Below, one piece after another: positions 7,994 to 18,898 of a DNA stretch of 64,000 nucleotides. This stretch comes from an uncultured Burkholderiales bacterium. Its GTDB lineage: Bacteria; Pseudomonadota; Gammaproteobacteria; Burkholderiales; Burkholderiaceae_C. Within the stretch, counting starts at the first letter, position 1; the number at the start of each line of letters is the position of its first letter. The notes beneath the pieces are model-generated. The model did not search any database and was not told where the DNA came from. It saw only the letters and a list, made by a program, of their open reading frames with translations. The translations under genes were made by a program, and so were the position numbers. The stretch covers positions 25 to 64,024 of the forward strand of contig CAIRBP010000049.1 of the NCBI GenBank assembly GCA_903876885.1, in the 5' to 3' direction.

Positions 7994-10900
7994 ATGATAC
8001 CTAATGCATCGAAGACTATTTCACGACCTATGCTGAGGGTTTTGATAATTACGATGGATACTCACTTAAACAGTGCGGTAAATAAAAGTATTGAAGCTTT
8101 AAAAAAAGCGGCACCCTTTATAAGTTTAAATATTTATTCGGCAACTCAATTTACAAATGACCAACGCACGCTTGAGAGATGTCGATGCGACATTGCAAAA
8201 GCAGATATTATTTTTGTTGGTATGCTTTTTTTAGAGAATCAGTTCCTACCCATCATAGATGACTTAAAGGCAAGACGAGAGCACTGCGATGCAATGATCT
8301 GTGCAGTCTCTGCAGCCGAAATAGTTAAGCTCACCAAGATGGGAAGGTTAGACATGTCAAAACCCTCCTCAGGGCCGATGGCATTTATTAAAAAATTAAA
8401 AGGAGATACCTCCAAGAAAAATGCAAGTTCAGGTGAACGTCAAATGAAAATGCTTAGGCGCTTACCGAAAATACTGCGTTTTATCCCTGGCACTGCACAA
8501 GACCTTAGAGCTTACTTTTTATGCATCCAGTATTGGTTAGGAGGGTCCGAGGACAACATGCTAAATTTAGCCCTGTATTTAGCTTCTCGGTACGGAACTG
8601 GTGAGTCGTCAAAAAATAGAGTTGTTCTCTCAAAATTATCGTTTGAACCCCCCATTGAGTACCCAGACATTGGTGTTTATCACCCCAGAATGAAACCGCG
8701 AATCGGCACCAAATTAACCTCCTTGCCAGTTTTAAACAACAAAGAGAGTAAACGAGGCCGAGTGGGTGTGTTGATGCTACGTTCTTATCTACTGGCCAAT
8801 AATACTGAGCACTACGATGCTGTAATCGCCGCTTTAGAGGTTCAAGGACTTCAGGTAGTGCCCGCGTTCGCTGCAGGCTTGGACGCTAGGCCGGCCATCA
8901 ATGAATTTTTTATGACTGACGGTGTGAGTAGCGTTGACGCAATTGTGTCTTTAACAGGTTTTTCATTAGTTGGTGGACCAGCTTATAACGATGCGCATGC
9001 AGCTGAGGAGATGTTAGCTAAACTTGATGTGCCCTACATTGCAGCCCACCCTGTTGAGTTCCAAACACTAGACCAGTGGGGAGAATCACAGCGCGGTTTA
9101 TTGCCAGTCGAGTCCACAATAATGATTGCAATACCAGAGCTTGACGGAGCAGTAGTGCCAATGGTCTTTGGCGGGCGCCCGGGGGCTGAAGGCGTTACTT
9201 GTAAAGGCTGTCATAAAGAGTGCACCTTCTCCAAAGCGCAAGTTCAACAAGATATGTTCACCTGTACTGAGAGAACAGCTATGCTTTCTCAAAGGGTCGC
9301 CAAATTGGTGGATTTGAGAAAAACAAAGCGAGAAGAGAAAAAAATTACCGTCGTTCTGTTTAACTTTCCGCCCAACGCGGGCAACGTTGGGACCGCAGCA
9401 TATTTGGCAGTTTTTGAATCTTTATATCAAATGATGCACCGCCTCAAGCAAGAAGGCTACACAATCGATATACCTGAAAATGTGGATGCACTAAGGGAGG
9501 AGATTCTCCATGGAAATGCAAAAAAATATGGTGCCGATGCGAATGTTCACACACTAATCCCCACTCAAGATCATATACGAAGAGAAAAAAATCTCATAGA
9601 AATTGAGGCTCAATGGGGCCCTGCTCCGGGCAAACAGCTTAATAACGGTTCAAATATCTTTGTACTTGGTAAACAGTACGGAAATTTACTCATTGCCATT
9701 CAACCCTCGTTTGGATATGAGGGAGATCCGATGCGTTTATTGTTTGAGAAAGGGTTCGCACCAACTCATGCATTCTCGGCTTTTTATCGCTATATTAGAG
9801 AAGACTACAAGACAAACGCCTTACTTCATTTCGGAACGCACGGTGCGTTGGAGTTCATGCCTGGCAAACAAAATGGTCTAACAGCACAGTGTTGGCCTGA
9901 CCGGCTTATCTCAGACGTCCCCAATTTCTACCTGTATGCAGCCAATAACCCCTCTGAGGGCGCGATCGCAAAAAGACGATCTGGTGCTACGTTGATCAGT
10001 TACTTAACCCCCCCCATGACAGAGTCAGGACTTTATACAGGGCTACTGGACTTGAAAGCAAGTTTAGAGAGATACCGAGGACTTGAGCCAGAGGAGAAGC
10101 AGGAGAAGAAGGAGCTTGCATTGATGATACAAGCTCAAGCAGCAGAGCTAGACTTGGCAGAGATAAATCCCCCATGGTTTGCAAACACTGATAGCGCAGA
10201 AGATGAGGAATACCTTCACGCAGATCAATCAGTTCAACACTTGTTGACCAAGATCTTAGAACTAGAGTATTCTTTAATACCTAACGGACTTCACGTACTT
10301 GGGCAAGCGCCTACTGCAGAGGAAAAAAATGAGTTCTTAAAAGTAATGGCTGAGGGTAGCTTTGAAAACGCATTACCACTACAAGCCATTCATGCTATTT
10401 CACAAAATCATGATAGTAGCCAAATACTAAAAATTGCAGGCCTCAGTACCAATGAGGATAATTTAGCTAAAGTCGAGAAGCTCTTAGAGTCAAGTCAATT
10501 GCTTAACCAAAACACTGAGCTCACTGGAATTATGAGAGCGCTAGATGCAAAATACATTAGACCCGCACCAGGGGGCGATATTATTCATAAGCCAGAAATC
10601 TTACCTACAGGGCGCAATCTTCACGGTTTTGATCCATTTAGGATACCTAGCACTTTTGCTATGAAAGATGGCAGCATTCAAGCGGAGAAGATATTAACCC
10701 GCTATTGCCAAGATGGTGAGCCACTCCCTGAGTCGATTGCCATGGTGTTATGGGGTAGTGATAACCTAAAGACAGAAGGCGCGCAAATTGCTCAAGTTCT
10801 GCGTATGTACGGTGCAAAGCCAAGATTCGACAGCTTTGGTCGTTTGGTTGGAGCAAGTCTCTTATCGCTTGAAGAGCTTGGACGTCCGAGAATTGATGTA

Positions 10901-11791
10901 GTGATATCTTTATCTGGAATTTTTAGAGATTTGATGCCGCTGCAAATTAAACTCCTAGCTGAGGCGGCTTACATGGCTGCTAGTGCGGATGAGCCTATCG
11001 AACAAAACTTCGTTAGAAAACATGCACTTCAATACATGAAAGACAACGGGTGTGATCTTCAAACAGCATCTCTTCGCGTCTTTGGAAACGCGGATAGTGC
11101 GTACGGAGCTAATGTAAACAATTTAATTGAAAGTGGAGCTTGGTCTGACGAAAATGAACTTGGTGACACTTACACATCAAGAAAAGGTTTCGCTTTTGGA
11201 GTGGATGGACTTGCTGTTAAAAACACAGGAATTTTAAAGTCCGCTTTAGCCGATGTCCAACTCACTTACCAAAACCTGGATTCAGTTGAGCTGGGTGTTA
11301 CAACAATCGACAATTACTTTGATACGCTTGGTGGGATCACAAAGGCCGTACAACAAGCGAACGGCGGAGTAGTCAAACCTGTCTTCATTGGGGATCAAAC
11401 TAGAGGAGAGGGAAGGGTTAGATCTTTATCTGATCAAGTTGAGCTGGAAACCAGAACACGCCTTTTAAACCCAAAATGGTATGAAGGAATGTTAAAGCAC
11501 GGATTTGAAGGTGTAAGACAAATAGAGGTTCATCTAACCAACACGGTGGGATGGTCCGCTACGACTGGACAGGTACAGCCTTGGGTTTACAAACAAATTA
11601 CTGAAACATTTGTGCTAAACGCAGAACTTAGACAAAGACTCGCAGAGCTCAATCCTACTGCGTCTATGCGACTGGCAAACCGTTTACTCGAAGCTTCAGA
11701 GCGTAATTACTGGACCCCAGATGCTGCAATGCTTGAGAAATTAAAACTCGCAACCGAAGAACTTGAGGACAGACTAGAGGGCGTATATTGA
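7994..11791 (+). CDS. bchH: Magnesium chelatase subunit H
   Basis: SLTGFSLVGGPA, LHFGTHGALEFMPGK, NPSEG.IAKRR, LNPKWYEGML; start set at ATG 7994 because PpsR boxes occupy the upstream part of the ORF. Confidence 0.95.
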   Translation: MIPNASKTISRPMLRVLIITMDTHLNSAVNKSIEALKKAAPFISLNIYSATQFTNDQRTLERCRCDIAKADIIFVGMLFLENQFLPIIDDLKARREHCDAMICAVSAAEIVKLTKMGRLDMSKPSSGPMAFIKKLKGDTSKKNASSGERQMKMLRRLPKILRFIPGTAQDLRAYFLCIQYWLGGSEDNMLNLALYLASRYGTGESSKNRVVLSKLSFEPPIEYPDIGVYHPRMKPRIGTKLTSLPVLNNKESKRGRVGVLMLRSYLLANNTEHYDAVIAALEVQGLQVVPAFAAGLDARPAINEFFMTDGVSSVDAIVSLTGFSLVGGPAYNDAHAAEEMLAKLDVPYIAAHPVEFQTLDQWGESQRGLLPVESTIMIAIPELDGAVVPMVFGGRPGAEGVTCKGCHKECTFSKAQVQQDMFTCTERTAMLSQRVAKLVDLRKTKREEKKITVVLFNFPPNAGNVGTAAYLAVFESLYQMMHRLKQEGYTIDIPENVDALREEILHGNAKKYGADANVHTLIPTQDHIRREKNLIEIEAQWGPAPGKQLNNGSNIFVLGKQYGNLLIAIQPSFGYEGDPMRLLFEKGFAPTHAFSAFYRYIREDYKTNALLHFGTHGALEFMPGKQNGLTAQCWPDRLISDVPNFYLYAANNPSEGAIAKRRSGATLISYLTPPMTESGLYTGLLDLKASLERYRGLEPEEKQEKKELALMIQAQAAELDLAEINPPWFANTDSAEDEEYLHADQSVQHLLTKILELEYSLIPNGLHVLGQAPTAEEKNEFLKVMAEGSFENALPLQAIHAISQNHDSSQILKIAGLSTNEDNLAKVEKLLESSQLLNQNTELTGIMRALDAKYIRPAPGGDIIHKPEILPTGRNLHGFDPFRIPSTFAMKDGSIQAEKILTRYCQDGEPLPESIAMVLWGSDNLKTEGAQIAQVLRMYGAKPRFDSFGRLVGASLLSLEELGRPRIDVVISLSGIFRDLMPLQIKLLAEAAYMAASADEPIEQNFVRKHALQYMKDNGCDLQTASLRVFGNADSAYGANVNNLIESGAWSDENELGDTYTSRKGFAFGVDGLAVKNTGILKSALADVQLTYQNLDSVELGVTTIDNYFDTLGGITKAVQQANGGVVKPVFIGDQTRGEGRVRSLSDQVELETRTRLLNPKWYEGMLKHGFEGVRQIEVHLTNTVGWSATTGQVQPWVYKQITETFVLNAELRQRLAELNPTASMRLANRLLEASERNYWTPDAAMLEKLKLATEELEDRLEGVY

Positions 11792-11969
11792 TATGAAAAG
11801 ATGGGATGTTTTATTAAAAGAAAATTTTATATTTCGTCCCTTTTTTGTATAACATTAGCAGCGAAATAATAAGAATTTTTAAATTCTAAAAATTCCAACT
11901 AAAACTAGAAATATTTCTGTCTATTGCTTTAGACTACTCAGATACAAAGTTCAACTTAACTATTCTTAA

Positions 11970-12995
11970 ATGGCAATTCCTTTTCCTTTTTCAGCTATCG
12001 TTGGACAAAACGATATGAAAATAGCCATACAAATTGTGGCTGTTGATCCAAGCGTTAACGGTATTTTGGCACTCGGAGACCGAGGCACTGGTAAATCAAC
12101 TGCAGTAAGAGCGTTGGCTGATTTACTACCCGCTATCAAAGTGGTTAAAAACTGCAGTTATGGATGCGATCCAAAAGATCTATCTAAGACGTGTGAGCAG
12201 TGCGAAAAATTAAAACTGTCAACGACCACCCCTCCAAGCGAGCTTAGACCAGTCCCCGTTGTTGATCTTCCCCTCGGCGCTTCTGAGGACCGAGTAGTCG
12301 GAGCGCTTGATCTGGAGAAAGCGCTCAGCCAGGGTATAAAGTCTTTCTCGCCCGGTCTTTTGGCAAAAGCAAATCGCGGTTTTTTGTATATTGATGAAGT
12401 CAATTTACTGGAAGATCATTTGGTTGACTTATTAATTGACGTTGCTGCCTCTGGTGAGAACTTAGTTGAGCGAGAGGGTTTAAGCGTTAGACACCCTGCC
12501 CGCTTTGTTTTGGTTGGCAGTGGTAATCCTGAGGAAGGCGAGTTGCGCCCCCAACTTCTCGACAGATTTGGGCTATGCGTTGAAGTTAAGACACCTCAAG
12601 AACTCGAAGAGAGAATATTAGTAATTAAGAGACGAGATGCGTTTGAAAAAAATCCAGAAAAATTTCAAGAAGAATGGCGCGAAGCTAATGAGGCACTTAG
12701 AGAGAAAATAATTAAAGCAAAAAAACGATTAGATAAAGTTATCTTGGATGACGATTTTCTCCGTTTGTGCTCAAAACTATGCATGGCTCTTGGAACAGAT
12801 GGTTTAAGAGCTGAGCTAACTTTGATGAGAGCAACAAGGGCTTACGCCGCGCTCGAGGGGGATAAAAAAGTAGATGCAAAACATCTTAAGACTATCGCGC
12901 CCATGGCTTTGTGCCACCGACTTCGAAGAGATCCGCTTGACGACACAGGATCCAGCGCTCGAGTAGAGCGAGCGCTAGAAGCACTCTTTAGCTAG
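11970..12995 (+). CDS. bchI: Magnesium chelatase ATPase subunit I
   Basis: FPFSAIVGQ, Walker A GDRGTGKS, LYIDEVNLL, NPEEGELRPQLLDRFG. Confidence 0.97.
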   Translation: MAIPFPFSAIVGQNDMKIAIQIVAVDPSVNGILALGDRGTGKSTAVRALADLLPAIKVVKNCSYGCDPKDLSKTCEQCEKLKLSTTTPPSELRPVPVVDLPLGASEDRVVGALDLEKALSQGIKSFSPGLLAKANRGFLYIDEVNLLEDHLVDLLIDVAASGENLVEREGLSVRHPARFVLVGSGNPEEGELRPQLLDRFGLCVEVKTPQELEERILVIKRRDAFEKNPEKFQEEWREANEALREKIIKAKKRLDKVILDDDFLRLCSKLCMALGTDGLRAELTLMRATRAYAALEGDKKVDAKHLKTIAPMALCHRLRRDPLDDTGSSARVERALEALFS

Positions 12996-13139
12996 GGCTA
13001 AACGAACTTATACCGGATTGGCTATGCTGACCCCCTCTTTCTTTAAAGTACTTGATTCGACCACGGTATTTTTATACGTTGGTGTATTGCCCAGATTCGC
13101 AAAGCGTTTAATGTTCCCCCCAGGTTGCAGGTAACACAA

Positions 13140-15104
13140 ATGAAAAATGTGACGTGGGATGATGCGTTATGGGGACTTGCCGCATTGTGCGTGGATCCAC
13201 ATGGACTCAAAGGCATTTGGCTTAAAAGCTACCACGGACCGGTAACCCAGGAATGGCTTAACTGGCTTTACGCACTCCGCGAAGACGTCGTTAAAATTCC
13301 TTGCAACATTGACACAGAGAGATTGACGGGTGGTTTGGACTTGCCCAGAACTCTTCAACTCGGGCGCCCAATCAAACAAAGCGGCGTTTTAGCTCAAAGC
13401 AACGGTAAGCTTCTGATCTGTCCAATGTCCGAGAGGTTGCCCCAATCAAGCGCATCCATACTAACTCAGGTACTCGACTCAAGGGTCGTAAACACTCAAT
13501 TCGGCCTCGAGTCTGAATCCACTAGCTTTGGATTTATTGCCATTGACGAATCAACTCCTGATGAGAGTTCGACTTCTATTTCTTTGTGTGAACAACTTGG
13601 AATTTGGATAGACCTTACCCTTACCCATCCAAAGCAAAGTGCTGAAGATGAGACCCTAGATATGCTTGAGCGAGTCGAGAAAAGATTAAAGAAAGATCCA
13701 CTTTCTTTTCACCAAGACATCAAGAGTTTTAATCAAAGTGAACAAGATATTCACGATTTATGTGAACTCGCACAAGGTTTTGCCATACCAAGCATGCGAG
13801 CACCTTGGTACGCTGCGAGGTTGGCTTGTGTGCTTGCGCTTTTGAGGGGCTCAGACAAAGTACAGGCCGAAGACCTAGGGCGTGCTGCAAGGTTGGTCCT
13901 AACACCTAGGGCCAAAGGTATGCCAAACTCTCCCGAGCAAGCCGCTCAAGGCGAGGACACAGAATCATCGCCATCTAAAGACGATTCAGCGCCACGCGAT
14001 CCCTCTGCAGGTGATGGGCAAGAAAAGCCTGGGCAATCAGAGAAAGAGGAGCAATTACAAAAGGAGGAGCAAAAGCGGGATAACGAATCAAAACAAAATG
14101 ATGAGCAAGACCAAGAGCAACAGCAAGAACTCAACACATCAGATATCCAACAACTTGAGACCTCGATACTAGAGGCCGCATTAGCGACTTTACCCCAAGG
14201 ACTTTTGAAACAACTTGCACAAGGCAAATCAATCTCGTCCAAAGGCTCTGCGGGGCGAGTGGGAGATATTCAAAAAGGATCCCAAAAAGGTCGCCCCTTA
14301 CCCCCTATCAAAGGGCTCCCACAAAACGGTAACCGCCTGCACATACTTGCAACTCTCAGGCACGCAGCGCCAAGACAAAAGTTGCGGGAAATAACGGCCT
14401 CACAAGGCAAGGCAAATAAAACCAACAATTCCCGTCTAACTAGCCTGCCCCATCCAGCAACTGAGGCATTTGCACAAGATGTGAAACGTCTACGAATATT
14501 AAGTGAAGATTTTCATATCCAAAGGTTTGCCAAACGAAGTGAGAGTTGTATTATTTTCTGTATTGACGCCTCTGGGTCTGCTGCCCTTGAGCGACTCGCA
14601 GAGGCCAAAGGCGCAGTTGAGTTGTTACTGAAGGACTCTTATGCTAGGCGCGATCATATATGTGTCATAGGATTTAGAGACAAACAAGCCCAAGTTCATT
14701 TGCCGGCAACCCGCTCGCTAGTTCGTGCTAAGCGAGAGCTTCAAGCACTACCTGGTGGCGGGGGCACACCTTTGGCTAATGCCATTAAATTGGCTTTAGA
14801 GACGTCTATTCGAGCTCGCCAACAAGGCATGAGTCCTACCCTTGTAATTTTGAGTGATGGACGCGCCAACGTTACCTTGCAAGGCGAGGGTTCACGACCC
14901 ATTGCAAAATCTCAGGCACTATCATTTGCAAATCAGTGGCGCGAAACGCAACTCCCTAGCATTTGGTTAGACACCTCTGCAAGGCCAGACCTACAAGCAC
15001 AGGAGGTAGCCCAGGCAATGGGCGCTAATTATGTACCCCTGCCACTGGCAAATAGTCAGCGCATGGCAAGTGCAGTAAAAGACCTACGCACACCAAATAG
15101 TTGA
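13140..15104 (+). CDS. bchD: Magnesium chelatase subunit D
   Basis: Degenerate AAA N-terminus, acidic linker, vWA MIDAS DASGS, LPGGGGTPLA, SDGRANV. Confidence 0.92.
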   Translation: MKNVTWDDALWGLAALCVDPHGLKGIWLKSYHGPVTQEWLNWLYALREDVVKIPCNIDTERLTGGLDLPRTLQLGRPIKQSGVLAQSNGKLLICPMSERLPQSSASILTQVLDSRVVNTQFGLESESTSFGFIAIDESTPDESSTSISLCEQLGIWIDLTLTHPKQSAEDETLDMLERVEKRLKKDPLSFHQDIKSFNQSEQDIHDLCELAQGFAIPSMRAPWYAARLACVLALLRGSDKVQAEDLGRAARLVLTPRAKGMPNSPEQAAQGEDTESSPSKDDSAPRDPSAGDGQEKPGQSEKEEQLQKEEQKRDNESKQNDEQDQEQQQELNTSDIQQLETSILEAALATLPQGLLKQLAQGKSISSKGSAGRVGDIQKGSQKGRPLPPIKGLPQNGNRLHILATLRHAAPRQKLREITASQGKANKTNNSRLTSLPHPATEAFAQDVKRLRILSEDFHIQRFAKRSESCIIFCIDASGSAALERLAEAKGAVELLLKDSYARRDHICVIGFRDKQAQVHLPATRSLVRAKRELQALPGGGGTPLANAIKLALETSIRARQQGMSPTLVILSDGRANVTLQGEGSRPIAKSQALSFANQWRETQLPSIWLDTSARPDLQAQEVAQAMGANYVPLPLANSQRMASAVKDLRTPNS

Positions 15105-15132
15105 GGTGCGGGTTGGTTTTTTAGCTTTCAGA

Positions 15133-16326
15133 CTAAGCCTTTATAAGACCAAACAAATGAGCAAGGTCTTTAAAGAATATTCTGACGTGAGCCATTGGGT
15201 CTTTGCGAACTAACTCTTTGTTCATGTAAGCATCAAAAGTGAGTCTTTGAACATCTTTATCCTCACAAATTTTGACAAAGCGCTCACGTCTTTTATCGCT
15301 CGAATACCAAAAATACTGCATCATCCCCAGTACCCAAAACACTTGTCCATGAACCTTCATAAAACTTTTGCGAGCATTTTTTAAATTTTTAGTATTGCCG
15401 GTAACAATACAGTTTTCAACTGCATCAGCAGCGTAACGCCCACCAATCATCGCGTAATAAATTCCCTCTCCAGAGGCAGGCGCTACAACTCCTGCAGCGT
15501 CACCGGCCAATACAACGTCTAATCCGTTATCCCATTTTGGCAACGGTTTTAAAGGTATCGGGGCTCCCTCACACCTCAGCGTCTCTAGATTTTGAAACCC
15601 CGCTGCCTCGCGCAAACGACCCACAGAGGCCCTTAATGAGTAGCCTTTGTCGGCACTACCAGTACCTATGCTCATAGTGTCACCGTGCGGGAATACCCAT
15701 CCATAAAAATCAGGCGACAAAGTCCCTCGGTAATAAACGTCACACCGATCGGGGTCATGTGCAGCGCTAGGCTGAGGTGCTTTAACAATTTCATGATAAG
15801 CAAATACGTATTTTGTTTTCTCTGCGCCTTCTACGGCTTGTCTTGCCACCTCAGATCTTGCACCATCTGCGCCGATCACAAATCGTGCACGAACACTCTT
15901 TTGAACCACACTGCTTTTTCCCTCTCGAGCTTCGTAATGAACACGCCTAACCCCATCTGCATCTTGGGTAAACCGATCAAAAGTCCCTTGCTGGCGATCG
16001 ACTCCGTTGCTTTGAGCTCGTTGCCTGAGCCACTCATCAAATTCGTGCCTGTTGACCATACCCACAAAGCCGCCTTCAATTGGAATATCCACACGGTTGT
16101 CTTTGGGAGAGATCATCCTAGCTTTACGTGCTTTAGCAACTAGTAAATGATCAGGTATATCAAAATCCTTGATCAACCTAGGAGGAATCGCTCCCCCGCA
16201 AGGCTTAATTCGGCCTTGTCGATCAAGCAGCAAAACGCTGCGCCCCTTCAACACCAAGTCATTCGCTGCTGAGGCACCAGCAGGACCGCCCCCAACCACT
16301 ACTACATCATAGGTTTTTGTATCCAT
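15133..16326 (-). CDS. bchP: Geranylgeranyl reductase
   Basis: GGGPAG, RIKPCGGAIPP, GDAAG.V.PASGEGIYYA. Confidence 0.97.
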   Translation of the reverse strand: MDTKTYDVVVVGGGPAGASAANDLVLKGRSVLLLDRQGRIKPCGGAIPPRLIKDFDIPDHLLVAKARKARMISPKDNRVDIPIEGGFVGMVNRHEFDEWLRQRAQSNGVDRQQGTFDRFTQDADGVRRVHYEAREGKSSVVQKSVRARFVIGADGARSEVARQAVEGAEKTKYVFAYHEIVKAPQPSAAHDPDRCDVYYRGTLSPDFYGWVFPHGDTMSIGTGSADKGYSLRASVGRLREAAGFQNLETLRCEGAPIPLKPLPKWDNGLDVVLAGDAAGVVAPASGEGIYYAMIGGRYAADAVENCIVTGNTKNLKNARKSFMKVHGQVFWVLGMMQYFWYSSDKRRERFVKICEDKDVQRLTFDAYMNKELVRKDPMAHVRIFFKDLAHLFGLIKA

Positions 16327-16412
16327 TTGATATCCACCTTTATTTACTAAATTTCGAAAATAAGAAAAATACTAAACTCGCGCAAACTAACGTTAAAACA
16401 TGCGTGTGAACG

Positions 16413-17828
16413 CTAAACCTCAAACCTCTGAACTCTTCTTGCAATCCAAGCAGCGCAAATAAACATTAATGCTTCCAGTGCAAATACACTTGAGTACGCC
16501 CAGCCCGCATCGCCTATCCACCTCATCGATATATCACTACTAGCAGTACCTACGATTCCACCCAGACCAAATGCAACTGCCTGCGCCGCGCCCCATAGTC
16601 CCATCCTAATGCCAGGCTGCACAATTAAACCATTGCTCGAATCACTCCTTGGGGTATGAGTGGCTAAACGCATCATCGTGCTTATAGCGGCAATTGAGAA
16701 CAATCCGTTTCCAACGCCCAGGACAAGTAAGATTGGATTAAGTGGGAGTAAATATGCGTTATCACTGATCAGACCCGCTGAACTTAGACCTAACATACCC
16801 AAAGCTGAAAGTACGCAACCCCAACTCATCCAAGTGGAGACTTGACCTAAACGTCCACCCACCAAACGACTTCCAATAAAAGCAAGCAATAACATGCCGA
16901 TTAAAACACTGGCGTGAAGTGTCCCAGAGAGTTGGGTTGTCTGACCCGGGGTGAAGTGATAGATGCGGCCTGCAAAGGGTTCAAGTATTAAATCTTGCGC
17001 ACTGTAGGCGAACATAGATGTAAACACAAAGAACGTAAATAAACGTGCTTGCTCGTCTCTCCAAAGTGTTGCTAGTGTTTGCTTGAAATCGGGAGCGCTA
17101 TTTGAAACTTTACTAGCATCATATGTTTCGCTATATGTTTCGCTGCTTGATAAAGAGTCATTAAGACCTATTTGAGGCTTGCAGTTTTTCAGCAAACGAG
17201 TCTCCAAACCCATAATACTTAGACTACTAAGCGTCATTGCTATCACACTCACACCAATGCTCACGAGCAGTAGTCTGTCAAAAGAAAACGGATCGAGCAG
17301 TTTGCCACTCACAATTGAAGTAACAGCAAAACCAAAGATCATCATGATCCAAACAGAAGTCGCAGCAACTGATCTTTGTTGATCACCAATTCCCTTGGAC
17401 AATAGAACCAACAAAGTGGTGCCACAAGCACTAACGCCCATACCAATCATGCAATAAGCAATGAGCGCAGTTACCATACCTAGCACCAAATGACTGGACA
17501 TCCATGTGGTGGCAAAAGCAGCTAAAACACCACCGAGAGTTAGTGTGCACATACCGCCCATAATCCAAGGCGTAAAGCGATTAGATTTATCCGCTCCGTA
17601 ACCCATGCGAGGTCTTACCATTTGAATTAGGTAGTGCAAACTTACCAGGAAACCTGAAACGACTGCTGGCAACCCAAGCTCAATGACCATGACGCGGTTC
17701 AAAGTCGTTGTCGTAGTCACAACAACAGCGCCCATGCAGGCCTGAACGACTCCCACACAAAAAATGTTGAGCCAATTAGAATCCACAGATTCAGAAATTT
17801 CTAATGAGGGAAGAGTAAGTTGATTCAT
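16413..17828 (-). CDS. BCD-family MFS transporter (PucC-like bch2)
   Basis: TLNRVMVIEL, QDLILEPFAG, GLWGAAQA; sits between bchG and bchP. Confidence 0.9.
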   Translation of the reverse strand: MNQLTLPSLEISESVDSNWLNIFCVGVVQACMGAVVVTTTTTLNRVMVIELGLPAVVSGFLVSLHYLIQMVRPRMGYGADKSNRFTPWIMGGMCTLTLGGVLAAFATTWMSSHLVLGMVTALIAYCMIGMGVSACGTTLLVLLSKGIGDQQRSVAATSVWIMMIFGFAVTSIVSGKLLDPFSFDRLLLVSIGVSVIAMTLSSLSIMGLETRLLKNCKPQIGLNDSLSSSETYSETYDASKVSNSAPDFKQTLATLWRDEQARLFTFFVFTSMFAYSAQDLILEPFAGRIYHFTPGQTTQLSGTLHASVLIGMLLLAFIGSRLVGGRLGQVSTWMSWGCVLSALGMLGLSSAGLISDNAYLLPLNPILLVLGVGNGLFSIAAISTMMRLATHTPRSDSSNGLIVQPGIRMGLWGAAQAVAFGLGGIVGTASSDISMRWIGDAGWAYSSVFALEALMFICAAWIARRVQRFEV

Positions 17829-17888
17829 TTCTCAGATTTTTGCTGTATGTATAAATTCACTTTCTGTGTTGTATTTTTTTCTATCTTT

Positions 17889-18764
17889 CTACATTGAACG
17901 CAAAGCAAATGCACTAACCATCATGCCAGCAACATACATAGGCACACCAAACGCGCTGACATAAATTGCTTTAGGTATCGGATTTTTAATAAATATGTAC
18001 ATCAAAGGCAGTTGACCAAAGGAGAGGATAAAAACAGCCAACGCACTCTTGCTCATTTCGCTGTGAAGTAACAAAGCTCCAATAGACCACTGAGCAAGCA
18101 GCATGATGAGGCTCGCCATCCAGGCCGCACCCTTAGGTCCCATCATTACGGGTAAAGACCGCACCTTCATTTGTCTATCACCTTCGATTGCTTTAAAGTC
18201 ATTTAACGTCATAATTCCATGCGCACCAAAGCTATAAAGAAGTGCAAAGACAACAATGAATTTATTGGGTAACTGATTACCAAGCATCACTGCAGCCCCT
18301 GTAAGCCAGGCCAAGCCCTCATAACTAAGCGCACAAGCTGAGTTACCGATCCAACCATTTTGTTTAAACCTGAGTGGAGGAGCTGAATAAGCCCAGGCTA
18401 AAACCAAACCCAACGCCGTTGCTTTAAAAGCCCATGGTCCCAGTTGTGTCGCCCAAATTAAAGAAAGCACTGTCCAAAGAACCGCTAACCCTAACCCCCA
18501 GTACCCAGGCATACGTCCTGAAGGAATGGGTCTATCGGGCTCGTTGATAGCATCGACATGTCTATCAAACCAATCATTTGATGCCTGACTGCAGGCACAA
18601 ACCATAGGACCTGCCAAGATAATCCCCCATATCACTTTTCCCCAGTTCATCTCAATTGACTGCCCAGTTGAGACCACACCGCATGCATAAGCCCACATGG
18701 GCGGAAACCAAGTGATGGGCTTTAGTAGCTCAGCCACTACTTTTAGCTTTGGGACATTCATCAT
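17889..18764 (-). CDS. bchG: Bacteriochlorophyll synthase
   Basis: LLKPITWFPPMWA, NDWFDRHVDAINEP.RPIPSG, NDFKAIEGD. Confidence 0.97.
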   Translation of the reverse strand: MMNVPKLKVVAELLKPITWFPPMWAYACGVVSTGQSIEMNWGKVIWGIILAGPMVCACSQASNDWFDRHVDAINEPDRPIPSGRMPGYWGLGLAVLWTVLSLIWATQLGPWAFKATALGLVLAWAYSAPPLRFKQNGWIGNSACALSYEGLAWLTGAAVMLGNQLPNKFIVVFALLYSFGAHGIMTLNDFKAIEGDRQMKVRSLPVMMGPKGAAWMASLIMLLAQWSIGALLLHSEMSKSALAVFILSFGQLPLMYIFIKNPIPKAIYVSAFGVPMYVAGMMVSAFALRSM

Positions 18765-18789
18765 TTAATTCTTGCATGACATTACAGGT

Positions 18790-18833
18790 TGTCAATAGTA
18801 GTTGACACTTATTTTTGTCATCTCCCTAATAAA
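18790..18833. promoter_or_regulatory. Tandem PpsR boxes between divergent bchG and bciB
   Basis: Perfect TGT-N12-ACA (18790-18807) and TGT-N12-AAA (18816-18833), 8 bp apart. Confidence 0.75.
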
Positions 18834-18898
18834 CTACAATTTATTCAACCAAGTTATTTAATACTTTAAGATTAATTGAATCAAAGGACTATCCACCG

